Shown here piece after piece: positions 1-15,143 of a stretch of DNA of 64,000 nt. The stretch's first letter is position 1, and each line of letters starts with the position of its first letter. The notes under the pieces were generated by a model. The model saw only the letters and a list, made by a program, of their open reading frames with translations. It was not told where the DNA came from and made no database searches. This stretch comes from Chrysomallon squamiferum (Eukaryota > Animalia > Mollusca): contig CM022665.1 of the NCBI GenBank assembly GCA_012295275.1, positions 1,488,001 to 1,552,000 of the forward strand, given 5' to 3'. Made by a program: the position numbers and the translations under genes.

Positions 1-2167
1 CATTATGTTCTTAACTTTTTTTGTGTTACGCCTTCATCTGTACAAAAATATGTTAGGTCTGAAAAACATATAAAATTATTTACTTCAACAAAAAAAAAAA
101 AAAAACCTCATTCTGCGTTTACAAAGAAGATTAAAAACACAAGTTCGTTGCGATGAGTCATCCTTGGCACTTTTTTTTAATTATTATTTGTTTCTTTGTT
201 GTATTTGTTATATTTATTTCTTTGGTAGCAATAACCTCAATTTTCATTTTGATTCCATGTTTTGAATTGGAATAAGCTCCAGGCCGGCTCTTAGAATTTT
301 AGTCATTTGTAATTAATTAGATTCTTTATTTGTGTCTCAGGTTGAGTAACATGAACCTTGCTCGTCATAGAAAAGTATCAGTGGCTAATCGAAATGCTTA
401 CTGTAGATTTTTTTAGTAGATGTCACAGTCTCTAGTTTCTTTTTTTCGTGCGAATATGAGGATATGCAGTCAGTCCATTTGACAGTGCTTAGCAGGATTA
501 AATGTATCTATTTTTCCGTAAACATGCTATTATTTTAATTTCACTCGTACAGTTGGTACGATATATAATCTATATTAAGGGAATAAAATGTGTAATTAAG
601 ACTGCGAAAAAATATTGCGTTTAACCATACTTAATTACAGCATAAAAATTCAGGAAGTAAGAGTGGGAGAGCTGAAAATTAGTGATTTGGAAATCAAATA
701 TTATAGTGATTTATATCATAATACAAGATAAGTTGCATTGCTCCGAGTGGCTTATTGCCTGTCTGCTTTAACAAATCCATAAAATGTGCTTTTTGTGGTA
801 GAAAGAAATAATTTGAATGTATTCTATATACTTCCCACATAATGTTTTACTTATTTTGTTCTGTCGAATCTCAGTTAATAACGAAATATAACAACAAAGA
901 GTATTCGTTAAAAATATGTCTGTACTGAGACATACATCATCGCATGTTACCGCGACGTTATTTCACACATGCAGAACTGATTGGATATATGTATTATTGT
1001 TGTTATAAAAAATATTTAATCGGATTTCTTCACTGTTTATTAAATTTAATACCTATTTTTGATATCAGAACAAAGTGAGCATTCGACTGCAAGAAATTAA
1101 AAAAATTAAAGTTGCTATAAAATAAGGGTAAAATAACAATACATAATCTTTTCATACGATTTGAAATTATTAATATAGTATTTCCCGTCCTTTTTGTACC
1201 TATTCTGGAAATACAATATAAATTAAGTCGTGGCAGGCAAAATAAGTAAAACATCACGTTGGAAGTATATAGAATACATTTAGATTATTTCTTTGTATCA
1301 CGAAAAGTAATGTTTGTTTTGTTTATGTTTTTTTGTTTGTTTAAGAATGACAAAGTTATCATTTTACATCAACAATTGCAAAGTACAAATAATGCGGCGT
1401 TCATCAATTTCACGACAGAATAATTTTATTTTCATACTTTATTAACTGAAAAACAATTTGTGTCCAGTGCTGAGTAAAATAATATTTAAGACGTATACCA
1501 AATCACCTTGAGCTTAAGTATCTAATTCAAAAGAGTGAATCTGCATTTCGCCCACTGAATAGCACTGAAGAAAATAGAAGAGGTGTTCAAAAAGAACTGT
1601 ACTCTTTGCCTCAAAGTTCATTCTATTCATATAAATTTATTAACGTAAATATGTTTTGTAAATTATCTTTTACCGACCATAATGTTTAGAAGTTTCCTTA
1701 TTTCTCATTACACTATCTAATGATGCTGTTCACAAGAATTTTTATTTTTTCGGTGCAAATATTTAAATGAAACCTTCAGGTGTGTGTTTAGTTTATGTAA
1801 TGATTGAAAAGAACATTATTGACAAGCATTCGGGATAAGGCTCTTTTGGGTAACAGCACACTCTTGTAGCCTGGTATAATATGAAAGTTGTATGCATATT
1901 TTATGAATATTTGTTTGACTTAATTTTTGTTCATTAATGACGTGGGCTGAAATAAATAAATACATTTTCTTTTCTCTTACTTTTTCATTTCATTTATGAT
2001 GTTCTTCTTCTTTGTCTTATTATTATTATTTGTGTTAAAACTGTTATTAGAAGAAGTTGTTTTGATGGTACTAATAGGAGTAATAGTAGTACTAGTTGTT
2101 GTAGTATTCGTAATAAAATTAATTACAATAATTCTAATTATCTAAATGTGACTACGTTATTTTGTAG

Positions 2168-2290
2168 TTTGACCTCATGATGACTTGCGCTAACAGAGTG
2201 TGCAGACCTGGAATGAATGGCCTCGGCTTTCTCTGGGTTGGCCACCACTGCAAGAACTACAACTTGATGGAGAAATACATGATGAAATGA
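2168..2290 (+). CDS. Terminal coding exon of secreted Cys-rich (eclosion-hormone-like) peptide, paralog A; upstream exon(s) not found in window
   Basis: Acceptor ttttgtag, then FDLMMTCANRVCRPGMNGLGFLWVGHHCKNYNLMEKYMMK*. Same length (123 nt) and phase as the minus-strand exon at 6306-6428, with 27/40 aa identical and all Cys conserved. Confidence 0.85.
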   Translation, partial: FDLMMTCANRVCRPGMNGLGFLWVGHHCKNYNLMEKYMMK

Positions 2291-3159
2291 CTAGTTTTTC
2301 AGCAGCACAGTAATCTGTACAATTACATCCATCCTATCAGAAACCACTTCCAAGTTCTCTTCAATCACTTTTCAAAATTTGGCAGCATGTTTGGCTATAA
2401 TAATTAATGCATTAGCTGACGTCTCTGGCTTTATTTATTAATTTATTTTTAAGACAGCCAAAATAAGTGTTCAACATAATACAAAATATTAGCACATATT
2501 TCATAAATAAATCATCTTGTTTTTTTGTTTTATCCACGAAAACATTTGGTAGATGTATAAGGCATGAAATTTATATTAAGAAATAAAAAATTCGGACCAG
2601 TTTTTTTTTCTCCTTTAAACGAACAAAAGATCAAAAGAAACTAGCATAAAAATGTATAGATTCAACAAGAATGCCTTTGTGAATTTTGGAGAGACGTTAC
2701 CAAGTGCAGATGAAAACAAAATGTACTGATATTTTAATACTGTGTATTTTAAATTATTGACTGATCTCCATCTTCAGGAACTCTGCACGTATAATATCCA
2801 ACTTTCGAGCAGTAAAACTTTGATAATAAAATATATCAAAAAGAAAAAGCTTTTGTTTTTTCTTTTCTTGTTTTAGTTTTGTTTTCTTTTTTTCTCTCAA
2901 CCTATAATTTTTTATTATTCTGTGTATTTGGAAAATTCAATTTCTTTGCTATATACTTGAATATCTATATGTTCTTTAATACAATATATGTATGTGTTGA
3001 GTGTATATGTGTTTGTGTATATGTGTGTGTGCATGCGCATTTTGTTCCTTGCCTTAAGCAAGCAGAAATGCATTTTGATAATGTAAAATTTATACAGTAT
3101 TCAAAAGATAGAATAATCTGTAATCATTCTTACCTGTTATCTCAGTGATATTTACATAT

Positions 3160-3245
3160 ACCTACATACATACATACATATTCCTTCATACACACACATA
3201 CATACATACATACATACATATACATTCATACACTCATACATACAC
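3160..3245. repeat. (TACA)n/(CA)n microsatellite
   Basis: Directly visible tandem tacatacataca. Confidence 0.85.
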
Positions 3246-4905
3246 GTATGCTTCTGTTGTCATATATTATTTTATATACATATCAAATAAATCGGATATT
3301 AATGTAATGAAGTTGAATAACCATTATTAAGCGGTTAAGTCACTTTTATCACATCTAATGGAATTATTTAGACTACGACCGTATAACTAATATAATTAAC
3401 TTCACGTCCTAAACACTATCATGATTTGACCACTTAACTACCTCAGGCTACCATTAGATCCATGACAACTGTAAATGTTGTTGAGCATTCGGCTGAAATT
3501 AAAGTATATTTATTTAACGGTAATTGTAATTGGGCTGTTTTGCGTACGAGAGACATAGCCAGGTTCACAGCGTTTATTCAGATATTTTGCGTGCCACTCT
3601 CATACAAACACCGCAGTTTGTGTTTTCCTATCTGTGGAAAGATTATTTGAATTATATTTCGATTCGAATTGTTTCACTGGGTTTCCTTGTCTCATTATCT
3701 GTTTAGTATTTCACTATAGGTGCACGAAATGTCAGCATATAAAACATTACTTACTCTTTTTAACAATGTGGCTATCGTTACAAGATAAGATTCTTCTCTC
3801 TAAATCATCATAAATAATATGCCAGAATTCTAAACTACTGAAATGACTGAATTGGATGGATATTTTACATTATGATTGATGACAACACAGACCACAATCA
3901 TATTTATAAATAGAAAATAACTTAGAACGGTCAATTTCATATTCATAAAATGAAATAAACTTAATAATTTAAAATATACTCACATACATTTTTTTGCAGA
4001 TATTGAGATACTCATTCAACTATCTGACTTGTGTTTATTTGGTGTTTATTGAACTTAATACGAGTATTTGGGGAAAATGTTAAGTCAAGGGGTAAAATAC
4101 TAGTAACCACGCAGACACACTTTTTTGTGCAACTACTGTTAAAGGAAACAAGAATATTAAATCTACATCTAAATACAAACTTCCAATGAGACTGTCTTAA
4201 AAAAAAATAACGAATAAAGAATACATACAACAGAAAAGAAAAATTAATAATAAAAGAAAAAATTCAATTAACCATCAAGTAGTTCATTAGTAGATATTTT
4301 TTGTCAATACTATAAGACCATTACTAAATGGTACTCAATTTACGTTCACCTATTTTTTTTTCTACTTTAATAACCGAGTTTTCATACTCAGTTTTCAAAC
4401 TTCTGAAAGGACAAGCTTGTTAGCGCTTTTAATTTCTGTCTGCCATGCCGATACTGATCGATGACAAGCAATTTCGTAAACATTGAGAGAGTTAATTGTA
4501 CAATTAACAGAATTTCTTCTACTTCTATTTATGTGATCGTGCTCTCGATCTCTGAGCAGAATATTTATTTTTATTGTGTCGCTGAAGTGAAAATCACAAA
4601 CATGTTTCTCCAGCTTCTGTTGGAAGTTCGATGTGTCCACGTTTTGCATTTTCGCCAGTCAGTAATTATATAGGATGGCTGTGAGGAATGTAAAACGTAA
4701 TTATGTAAAGCTGCTACAGAAAAAAAAAAAAAAAAAAAAAAAAAAGTCGTATGTCAAATAATTCGGCCGGGGTTTTTTTCGATTTTTTTCTTCTTTTTTT
4801 TTTTTTTTTTGTTAATGGAATAAAGATTACCGAAAGAGAGTATAAAGCTTTTGATTGCAATTTATACATTAAAATGACTCTCTCTTTTCTTAGCTTTGTT
4901 TTGAT

Positions 4906-5009
<104 letters not shown>

Positions 5010-6305
5010 GGTTTTGTAAACACTTAACATACAAACATTTTAAATATAAAGTTACTATTTTATATGAGCCGTCTCTAAATATATACTTGTCGATGGAATT
5101 ATTGACCATGCTGATGATTATAGACCACCAGATTCATTATACTTATGAAGAATCAAACAGTAAGACAGAAGCTAATTCCTAATTGTCAAAATTTAATTAC
5201 AAATGTGTGGGCATCATGTTTGTCAACTTAGATAGAACATACACAAACACATTGATAATTCATTATTTATATTTTTATGCTATATATATTTTATATCCTT
5301 GCATTTTTATTGTTGTTGCTGTTGTTTTAATAAATTACTTTTTGGTCAGAAGGTGTAAGTAAAATTCTAGTTTTCTAAATTTGTAAAGAAACAAAACAAA
5401 AAAACAAAGCAAACAAAGTGTGAACTAGGAACACAATATTTTCTAAGGATTCTTGGTTTCCTAATTCGTGTGCAGTATTCAGTGTTGAGATAGACTAAAT
5501 CTGATCCGATTGACGATGATTTTTTTTTCTTCCATTTCTGTAATAAGCTTTAAAACAGGCCAAACGTTATTTAACACTTCCTTTAAAAAAAATCAAAACA
5601 AATAAATTTAATATCACACCAGTTCTAAAATAAATATTTATTCACAATAAAAACGAGCTACAGTATAAACAATAAATATTCTAATATTAAACTGAAATAT
5701 AATTTAGCTGTTTTATTTCTTACAATTCCTCTATAAAAGTTTGGCTGTCAAGGCGTAAATGATACTGTTTAGTGTATTTTGGATTTCTTTTTCAGTATCT
5801 TGATTTTAAAAATACAAACCGCTGAGGTGAGCAAAGTTAACATAAATAAATAATTTTAGCACTTGATTCAGTTTTAAAAATGATTTACGAGCAGCTTCCA
5901 TTTGATTACTTCATTTGTTCTCTTCCTTTTTGTAATTAGTATTTTTTGGTGTTTTAAAGGAAACGAAAACGGAAATTACATAATATGGACATATTTTTCA
6001 TTCTCCGAGTTTACCTATAATTATATAAAAAATTTCATATCTAGTATTAATTTCTTTTAAGCGGCTATTTGAATAACTACATGCGTGCGTTTAATTTAGT
6101 GAAATCGAAGTTTAAAGTAATAATATAATTAAATAAATTTGAGTGTTATGTTTAGATTGATATTAACATATTATTACTTATATAATTTTTCTTATGTTGT
6201 TGTTACGATAGATATTTCAAACAGTATTATTTGGTGTTAGATTTCCGGACATAAATACTACATACAACACTGAAAAATGTAGCTGTGTAGAATGTTCTCA
6301 GCTGT

Positions 6306-6428
6306 CTATTTTCTCATGTACTTCTCTACCATGGTGTAGTCCTTGCAGTGTCTGCCCAGCCAAATGAACTCCAAACCGTTCATGCCAGAACTGCACACTT
6401 TATTAGCGCATGTCATCATGTCATCAAA
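6306..6428 (-). CDS. Terminal coding exon of Cys-rich secreted peptide, paralog B
   Basis: Acceptor (t)n-cttctag, then FDDMMTCANKVCSSGMNGLEFIWLGRHCKDYTMVEKYMRK*. Joins in phase 0 to exon 6721-6861. Confidence 0.88.
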   Translation of the reverse strand, partial: FDDMMTCANKVCSSGMNGLEFIWLGRHCKDYTMVEKYMRK

Positions 6429-6720
6429 CTAGAAGAAAAAAAAAAAAAAAAAAAAAATAATAATAGTAATAATAATAATAATTAGGCAGATTTAATTCCG
6501 AAAATGAATTATATGGTTAACTGTATTTTTTTTTTCAAGTAATTTTAAGCCGTTTTATTGTGTTACTTCTAATATCAGTGATAATTTTATATATTCCAGC
6601 AACTATAATTGAGTTACAAAGATTTATGTAATGCATTTAAGCCAATAGGAAATGAAAAAAAAAAAAAAATACAACAATAAAAGTCTTATAATTTACGATT
6701 ATTACACATTAGAGACCTAC

Positions 6721-6861
6721 GTGTCCATCAAAGCAGACATTACAGACGAACAAACAAGCTGCATCCGGGCTCATTTCGGTGAGTCTCCGCTGAGGAAGTA
6801 CTGGTGTTGAAATCACCACGCCAAAAAGCATGACCACAAGAAAAGTGAAGCAACCGGACAT
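6721..6861 (-). CDS. First coding exon of paralog B (signal peptide, RR site, CxxxCxxC)
   Basis: MSGCFTFLVVMLFGVVISTPVLPQRRLTEMSPDAACLFVCNVCFDGH followed by donor gtaggt; acceptor ttttcag ends at 6883. Hydrophobic signal peptide and dibasic RR; full precursor is 87 aa. Confidence 0.88.
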
Positions 6862-8987
6862 AATTTTAAAACTTAGAGATATCTGAAAACTAAGCATTAA
6901 AAATTATTTTGTTAGTGTGCATTAAAATTAAATCAATAAAAAAGAAAACATATAAATAGAAATATATTAACCGTATGTGGCTAATAAATTAGCAGCAACC
7001 CCGAAAGAACAATAGCAAATACAACTACAGTAACAACAATAACAAGAACAGTAGCAGCAAAAACAACACAACAGTAATATAATATCTTCTTATAGTTTAA
7101 ATTATTTGATCCAAATGTATAGATAAAATTGACATAAATAAATAAATAATTCACCATATGATATGAGCTTTCATGCACGAAAGGTTCAAATACATCAGAC
7201 GTAGGAACAAAATTTTGGAGTTTAAACGGTCTTCCTAAGTCAGGGTTGAGAAAATTGTGTAATAATTTCATATCTTCTCCAGTAATTATTATTAGAATGT
7301 ACCGTTACCAAGAAGCGACCCCAGGAGAAGTAATAAGTAGTAGTATGATAATGCGGGCGATTTAGTAGCGTAATGAAATAGAATAAGAAGGTGATATAGC
7401 ACAAAAGCTTCTTAAATTTTATTTGTATTGTCGTTTGTCACGATAATAATCGTATATAGATTTGTGATGTTCTCTGACTGTCTATATAAATACTAAAGTA
7501 CCAGTGTAGTGTTTGCTAACGAGCTGCTTTACAAAAGAAATGGGATGCAAATCTTTGATAAATACAACAGAATCAACATTTAACGAAAGACGTTAATGAA
7601 TAAAAAAGAAAAAATGAAAACTGCAAAACAAACTGATTTTGGAAGAATTTCTAAAAGATCATCAAGACGACTTGTGTTAAACGGTTTAAGATATAAAACG
7701 TAATTTTCTGTCAATGTATAGAACACTGCAGTATACGTCTGCCAGTACCCTGTTGTAGCACTGTTATATTACGTGAACCGTGTGTACGTTTTCAATACTG
7801 CCTTTTCATAATGTTATGGTGCCCTTTTGAAATGGACACCCTCATGAGAAAAGCTGGATCCTCCCCAGGAAAGCTAGTTTCAGATGTCTAACGGGAAAAA
7901 GATCGACGCCCATAATGTTGCGAATATAACGTGCTACAAATAATGTACGATCACTGCTATACGTAGTGAAAATACTACTAATTTCTTTTTCATTCTTATT
8001 AAAAAAAAGAAAATCGAAAACAATATCTTTCCCAAAAGACAGATTTATCCATTAGCGTTAAAAAACGAAATCTGTGACAAATAAGATTTTGAAAATCGAT
8101 TAAGTTTTTTTATTTTTTTTTAAATGCTTTTATTTATTTTGTAAGGAATAAAAATAAGATTTTTAACGGTGTAAATATTCTCTCATAATTAACGGTTATA
8201 TTTTTTTAATGTTTCGTCTTAAGCATACTGACCTAAAATTTAAGAACACCAGGAACGAGTAACTTTAATGGCATCTGGAGATGCGGTTGTAGAAAAAAGA
8301 AAATGTTTTCTGTCCTATGTTGAAATGTAAAACTGATAAACTTAATAAATTCTTCAAGCCAGAGGTAACAATTCAGGAATTTTGTAATTTCTGGCTATCA
8401 CTGTATGCTGCTTAGATATTTTAGATAAAAATTAATAATAATATGTGTAACCGCTACGATGTTAATTTCCTTTGAAGCAACTTTTGAAGTAGGATTTATT
8501 CTTGGACCAGGTTAATAAGGAATATAATTAATTCATTAATAAACTAAGATATATAAGTCAAGGAAAAATTATGTTAGTTTTCTATTCTTGTCAATTTTAA
8601 TCCTCCCAGAAGTGACATTTGATTGAATTGACTTTCATTTTTTCTCTCTGTCACTTTTATACCTTTTCTTTCAAACATTCTTAGGTGTTTTTATTTCTCT
8701 TTTATCTGTTTTGTTTATAATCATAATCCTTTAAAATTATTTAACAATCTAAATATATATATATCTTACGAAAAATGTAATGAAGAATTTTGTCATTAAA
8801 GACAAAAAGAAAAGTCAAACTCTTTCCACATTTTGAAGTCAGTTTAAATTAATTTCTTACTTATTAATAACTAGAAGTATTTTGTATTTAGAGATTTAAA
8901 CTTCTTAACGGAAAGCTGTAAAATGCAAATAAAAAGATAATAATGCCAACAGTAATAGAAGTAGCAACTTTTTTGCTATCTACTTAC

Positions 8988-9065
8988 CTTGGAATGAAGA
9001 AAATCTGATATCTTAGCAATTCGTGGAAAATATGCGAGAACACGGAGATTTGTGGTTTTTATATA
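8988..9065 (-). promoter_or_regulatory. Putative TATA box (9056-9065) and short non-coding first exon (about 9030-8988) of paralog B
   Basis: Minus-strand TATATAAAAA, then a consensus donor AAG|GTAAGT at 8988/8987 about 70 nt downstream. The coding exon has its own acceptor, so it needs an upstream exon. Confidence 0.6.
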
Positions 9066-9534
9066 CTTGGGGGTGAATCAATTGAGTTCATTACTCGCAG
9101 AGCTAGTGGGGCTAGTTAATCTAAAAATCATCAATATATCCAATAAAATGGCAACCGAGTAAATTGAGTTTACGTAACACTCATTAGAACGATGTTTTGT
9201 TTATCACAGATGAAATATCCGAGACTTCCTCTTTTTATGTTTTCAACGTAAACATCGTAAATCAAAGAGCCGGAGGTAATCGTCGCGGAAAGCTTTCACA
9301 AAAATCAACAAAAGTCTACATCAATATGTCAGGAAATAATTGTCATTTTAGAGTTCTTTGTCATATATTAATGCGACTAAATTGAACGAACAAGCACGCA
9401 AATTGAAATTATTACTTGTTATAACAAAACAAAACAAAAACAAAAAATTACAATGATAAAAAAAATAATAATAATAAAAACAAAAAATAAATATCTAAAT
9501 AAAAATAAATAAATCAATAGATAAAAAATTATAC

Positions 9535-9597
<63 letters not shown>

Positions 9598-12359
9598 AAT
9601 AAATAAATAAATACAATAAACGCCCTATAATTAGGACAGGACTGTTTTCTTAGTAAACATTTAAATTTTAATTGGAATTAAAATGAAAAAAAAAGTAATA
9701 TTAATAATAATGTTAATAACAGAATATAAAAATATGCTTGTACGTCTTAATTATTATTATTATTATTTTAATAATTTGACATAAAAAAATATAAACAATA
9801 GCCTTTGCCGTGTGGTACTGGTTGGAAAGGGAAACAGATTGATTCTGGCAATCCTCATAACTAATTTCTATGTTATTTCTTATATTAGAAGTTTTCCTTT
9901 GTTTTTGCTCTCGTTATTTCAGTAATATTAATAACTGCATTTGTTATGGTTATTTTAATCGAAAGGAATTTAATGCTTTTGAAAGGAAAACAGAAACACT
10001 GCTAAACAAAATCCATTTATTCAGCGTAACCTAAAAATATTTAATTTGCTGATACTTTCTGTGATAGTTTATATAAAAACTATCAGTGATAGATTAAAAA
10101 AAAATTGAAAAATTAGAAAAAAAACGTCATCATTTCAGTTCTCCAGGGAAATATATTTGTGTGGCATTAACAGCGAGAAACCTTTGAAATAAATTAAAAG
10201 AAAAAATAAGAATTAGTCTTACTGGTTTGATAATGGGCGTGGAATGTGACAAGGAAATGTAATGTGGAAATTTGTTTAAAACGTAGTCTTTATGGTATTC
10301 GCTGGAAGCAAAACGTATTTGTTTTAATTATAATGCATAATAAATATTACAGCGATTTCAGATGGATTCTTTTTTAATCAAAAAGTATATTCTTGTAATA
10401 TATAAAAAAATATTTATAGAACATGTACATTTAAAAATAAATATGAAAAGGACAGATGTATGGAAGTTAAAGCTGTGAGTTTCCTTGCTAGACGTTTTAT
10501 CTTCCGTTTCAGTTCCTTTCGTGTTAAGTTAATGCACCATGAAAACGAATTCAGTGGCAGTTTACTTTATCTATAGTTTTCTAATGTAAATAAGAAATTT
10601 AAAATATATTAAGACGATGTCGTATACATTTGTCTTTTAAAAATAGGCTACCAGAAGCAACAACAATTAAAAACATAAGTAAACAAACAAACAAAAATAT
10701 TTTGTGCTTAAAAATAAAAATTATGATATTGGACTACTTTCAAAACCTATTAATGATTTATATTCATATATGTTAATAAGGTAAATTACTTCAACAATTA
10801 TAATATGTGTAGTAGTAATTGTGTAGTAGTAGAATACGTGTATTATTTATTACTAGCAGTAGTATTTTTTATAGTAATATAATAATCGTACACAAAAACC
10901 TCATATGCATTTTAATTATCAAAGATTTAAGTACTTTACTCCAAGTAAACATGTCATTGTTCGTGAAATCTGTACGTGCGTCTGTTTCTTTTCCTTTTTG
11001 TTGTAGTTTTACAAAACAACTGTTGAAGCTGAAGTATGGCAATTATCTGCGTTGTAACTTATAATGCATACTCCGGAAGAAAGGGCAATGGAAATTACAG
11101 TCCGTACAATCCGTGCATGGTCTGTAATCAGAACATGAAAGATGCTGTAATTATCAGATATCCGTTAATTCGTGCAGCTAATATTCGCAATTAGCTTCCC
11201 GAAAAAAATATTAAACAAATATCTGTATTGTGTACGTGTGATCTATAAAGGATTTTATTCTAAAATATCAATATTCAGGTGAAACGACGGAGTTCGATGT
11301 TTTTACGACTTATTAACAGTAGAGACTGGGGATATATATATAAAAAAAAAAAAAAAATGTTTTCTATTCATGGATAATTTGACAGAATTTGTAATATGTA
11401 TTTTTGACACACACAAACGCGCGCGCACCTAAACACACATAAACGAAAATAAGTGTGTATATGAACTGCTGTAATTTTGGTAGATATACACCAAATAATA
11501 AATATTTTATTTTAAATTCCCAAAGTTATACCCAGCATATATTAATCCACGATTTTAAATAAAAGTGATGGCTTAAAGCTGAAACCAACCAACCAACAAA
11601 CAAAAGAATAATCCCCCCAAAAATTAAAACAAAAAAATTATATATATATATATATATAAACTAAAAAAACTAAAAAAACTAACAAACAATCGAAACAAAA
11701 CAACATATAATTATGATGGTGAAAAGTACGAGTTTTAATAATTGTTATGTGAATGAGAAGTATGAAATACCCTGTAATACCTTCTCAACAGCCATTATGA
11801 TGTATTCGTAATGTAATATACAGTGTAGGAAAAAAAAAAAAAAAAAAAAGAAAGATACTAAAGAGATATAAATATGCCACACAGGGTCACTGTCACAATA
11901 TTTGATACAAGCAACTGAAATTATGCTGTGAAAGTTTAAGAGAAACATCTGTTTACTGCTGCAGAGTTTACAGGTTTATTTATGTTTTAATGAGATATAT
12001 ATATAATTAGGTTGCTACTTAGACATTATTCCATTTAATATTTTAAGAATTTTAAACGTTGACTCTATTCTTTGATTTAATTTTGATATTTTGTCAGAAA
12101 TATTTGACGACTACTTTTGTTCAAATATTAAAAGTGTAATGAGTGTTTTCTGAAACATTAGAATGTATGCATTCTATTATCAAATGCTAGTGAATGTTTG
12201 GAATCTGATAAAAAGTAAATTTAAAACAATAAAAAAATAACTGAGGGCACTTTGGAAAATATCTCTTTATTTGTATTGAAATTGTTTATTATATCTGGCA
12301 ATTTGACAACACCGAAGGTTCAGTGTATTTTCATGCTTCCGTTCAGTGCCAAAGTGATT

Positions 12360-12426
12360 ATCACGTATTATGTGTGCCAGATAGGAAGCTGTGTTCATCA
12401 ACACACCATACTATACATGACTGTGA
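12360..12426 (+). repeat. Short dispersed repeat, inverted copy of 15144-15212
   Basis: atcacgtattatgtg...agataggaagctgtgttcatcaacacaccatactatacatgactgtga matches the reverse complement of 15144-15212 with few differences. Confidence 0.9.
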
Positions 12427-14604
12427 AGATAAGAAGATTGATATTTCTGTTTGAATAATGTGTTTTGTGTGTGGTTATTTTAATAAATACATTTCAGTAG
12501 AAGTAGTTAAAATCTTGCAGTACTTGTCCTGCATTCTAATCATCAATTCATCCATTAAAAAGTATTAAGTAATATTTAAATATTTTAAAAACAAAAATAA
12601 ATGAAATATGATTTAAATATTTTTATTCTTTTCTTTTTTCACAAATTACATGTACAAATTCAAATGACAATTAATATTTTCTTGGAAAAAAAACGTCATA
12701 TTAATAAAAGTATTTGATGATTTTCTGATTTCATATAGAGGTAACAATCTTTTCATCAATGATTGCACTCTGAAATCAGTCAAATAACATTCATATGTAT
12801 GTGAATTAGATGAAATTTTGTTAATATATTTAAAAAGTAAAATGATACATTTCAAAATAATTACCAACAGACCTAACGTAAAAAATAACAAAAAAATTTG
12901 ATTCTTCAGAATCAAACACCAAATATTTAAAACATATTTGTTATCTTATTCCTTTAACAATATAATTTAAAAAAAAAAAAAAAACCACTGCATTTAATAC
13001 TGCAAAAATAAAATAAAAATTATATATATGTGTGTGTGTGTGTGTGTGTCTGTGTGCATGTATGTAATAATAAATAAATAAATAAAAATATTATATTAAC
13101 TAACCGAAAAACACTTTGAAAAAAAATGTCATGAAATCTGGTAAATATATGTAATTAAATTAAATTCATTAAAAAAAAAAAAAAGTAAAAAAAGTAAAAA
13201 TAGTAAAATTAATAATAATAATAAACACCAAAAAACCGCATTGTCCTTGGTAATAATCTATTAGAATTCTAACTAGGTTTCTAACATTTACTGTATCTGC
13301 TAATAGTACAGTAATCAACTGATTAGTGCAGTCAGTTACTAGATATATTGGTAAAAAATATTAAGCAGGCAGGAGATGGTTTCGTCCCATTATTTTGAAA
13401 ATGCCATATTCAAATTTTATGCTATAAGTATCAGACGATGGTCACAATCAATTTAGGGGCAGTAATCAGAACATCACAAAATCAACCATTCACTGTAATG
13501 TATAATCATAGAGAGAAAATACTCTGGATGTGAGAAGCACACTGATATGAAGGTGTACTGAGGTAGAGATGACTATTTGATATACATATAGAGAAAAAGA
13601 ATGTAAAAAATAAATAAATAAATAAAATTAAAAAAAATTCTGGTTAAGTTAGTATAATAAAAGGTTATCTTAAAAAGAAAAACTCCTGACTGAATCGAAC
13701 ATAATAATTGTTCAAGTGCTATGTTGGCCAAAGTCCAGCAATACTGTGTGTTTTACAGTTACAATTATCTCAGAACATTTTTTTTTTTAAATTGTACAGA
13801 CCATTTTACTCATACAAAGAGTACTGATTTATAGACCTTACCAATTTAAAAACAACTAGGAAAGTAACTCCAAACGCAAAATGACAAGGCAGGCATACAG
13901 TTACAATGTAGTTTGAAAAACACAAACATATAATAACATTTAAAATAAGAAATGATAATAATCAACAACCATATGACACAACGATTTTTATTTTCAGTCT
14001 CATGCCATACTCAAAGCAAAATGTTTGCTAAAATTATAAATAAAACCCACCAAAAATGTATCTCACAATGCAATATAAATGTATATACAGAATGAAGCCA
14101 AATATACATACAGATTGAAATATCTAAGCTAATTTATTTTCAATGTTAAATTTAAATGTGTGTTTTATCTGAAAGATATTTGATAAAGATTCTGATGTTC
14201 CTCATAAAATTGTTTATCAATACTGAATACACAGTTGAAATATAAATTCACTGCACAGGGTGCTTTAAAAACCTACATTATACTGAACTACATCTGAAAA
14301 CTGAGTGAATTATAAGTATTAATATTAATTTACTGTTTTGTGATAATATATATTTTATATATCATCACAGACTTTTTCCTGCAGATAATATAACAGAAAG
14401 AAAATTAAAGCACACATATTTTAAATTTTGCATGTAAAGTATTTGTTAGTGTGTGTATTTAGGGTATTTCAAATATTTAATTTAAACCTAAATTTTGGAA
14501 CCAACTGTTTTCAAGATTAATTAGCAGTAGTTCATTAATATTTTACAGATGTTTAATGACCACATTAAACCATCCCAGTTTCTCACCACCACATCCAGAA
14601 TTTC

Positions 14605-14697
14605 TCACTGTGTTGCTTTTGCCTTCTTATCTCCCTTTGATTTTCTATCCTTCTTCTTAAGCCCATCCATGTTTGCTTTTAACAAATTTGCATATGC
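14605..14697 (-). CDS. SRP14: Signal recognition particle 14 kDa protein, exon 5 (last)
   Basis: Acceptor tttacag, then AYANLLKANMDGLKKKDRKSKGDKKAKATQ*, the typical SRP14 C-terminus (MDGLKK plus basic tail). Confidence 0.96.
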   Translation of the reverse strand, partial: AYANLLKANMDGLKKKDRKSKGDKKAKATQ

Positions 14698-15143
14698 CTG
14701 TAAATAATAAAAAATTATTCTAAAAAACTTCAGTACTTATAAAATGAATTAAAAGGTACACCTTATAAACCATTTAAATATTTTTTAAATTGTTTAAAAG
14801 TACATTTACAAATATTACTTATATATGTATGTATATATATTAGTCAAATTTTAACAAGTCAACATGAAAGGGGTCAGCAGAAACAGCTTGAGTGTTTAAT
14901 TATTCAAATTGCTTACATTTATAGCAGTTTTGACAAATGAATAATGTACTGTTCATAATTCATCGAATACTCTTTCATATTTAATAAACTAAGTAAATAA
15001 CAAATTAAATAAAAGACATAACTCAAATTAATTTGATCATAAATATGCACACACACACATAGACATAAATTATGTATATATAGATGAAAATGAATTTACT
15101 GAGATATAAAACAGTAAAATCAGATGATATATACACATGCATG

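Noticed and set aside
4395-4680. Minus-strand ORF containing HVCDFHF, reminiscent of a THAP domain
   Set aside because: The N-terminal CxxC and in-frame Trp are not recoverable, so the evidence is too weak to call.
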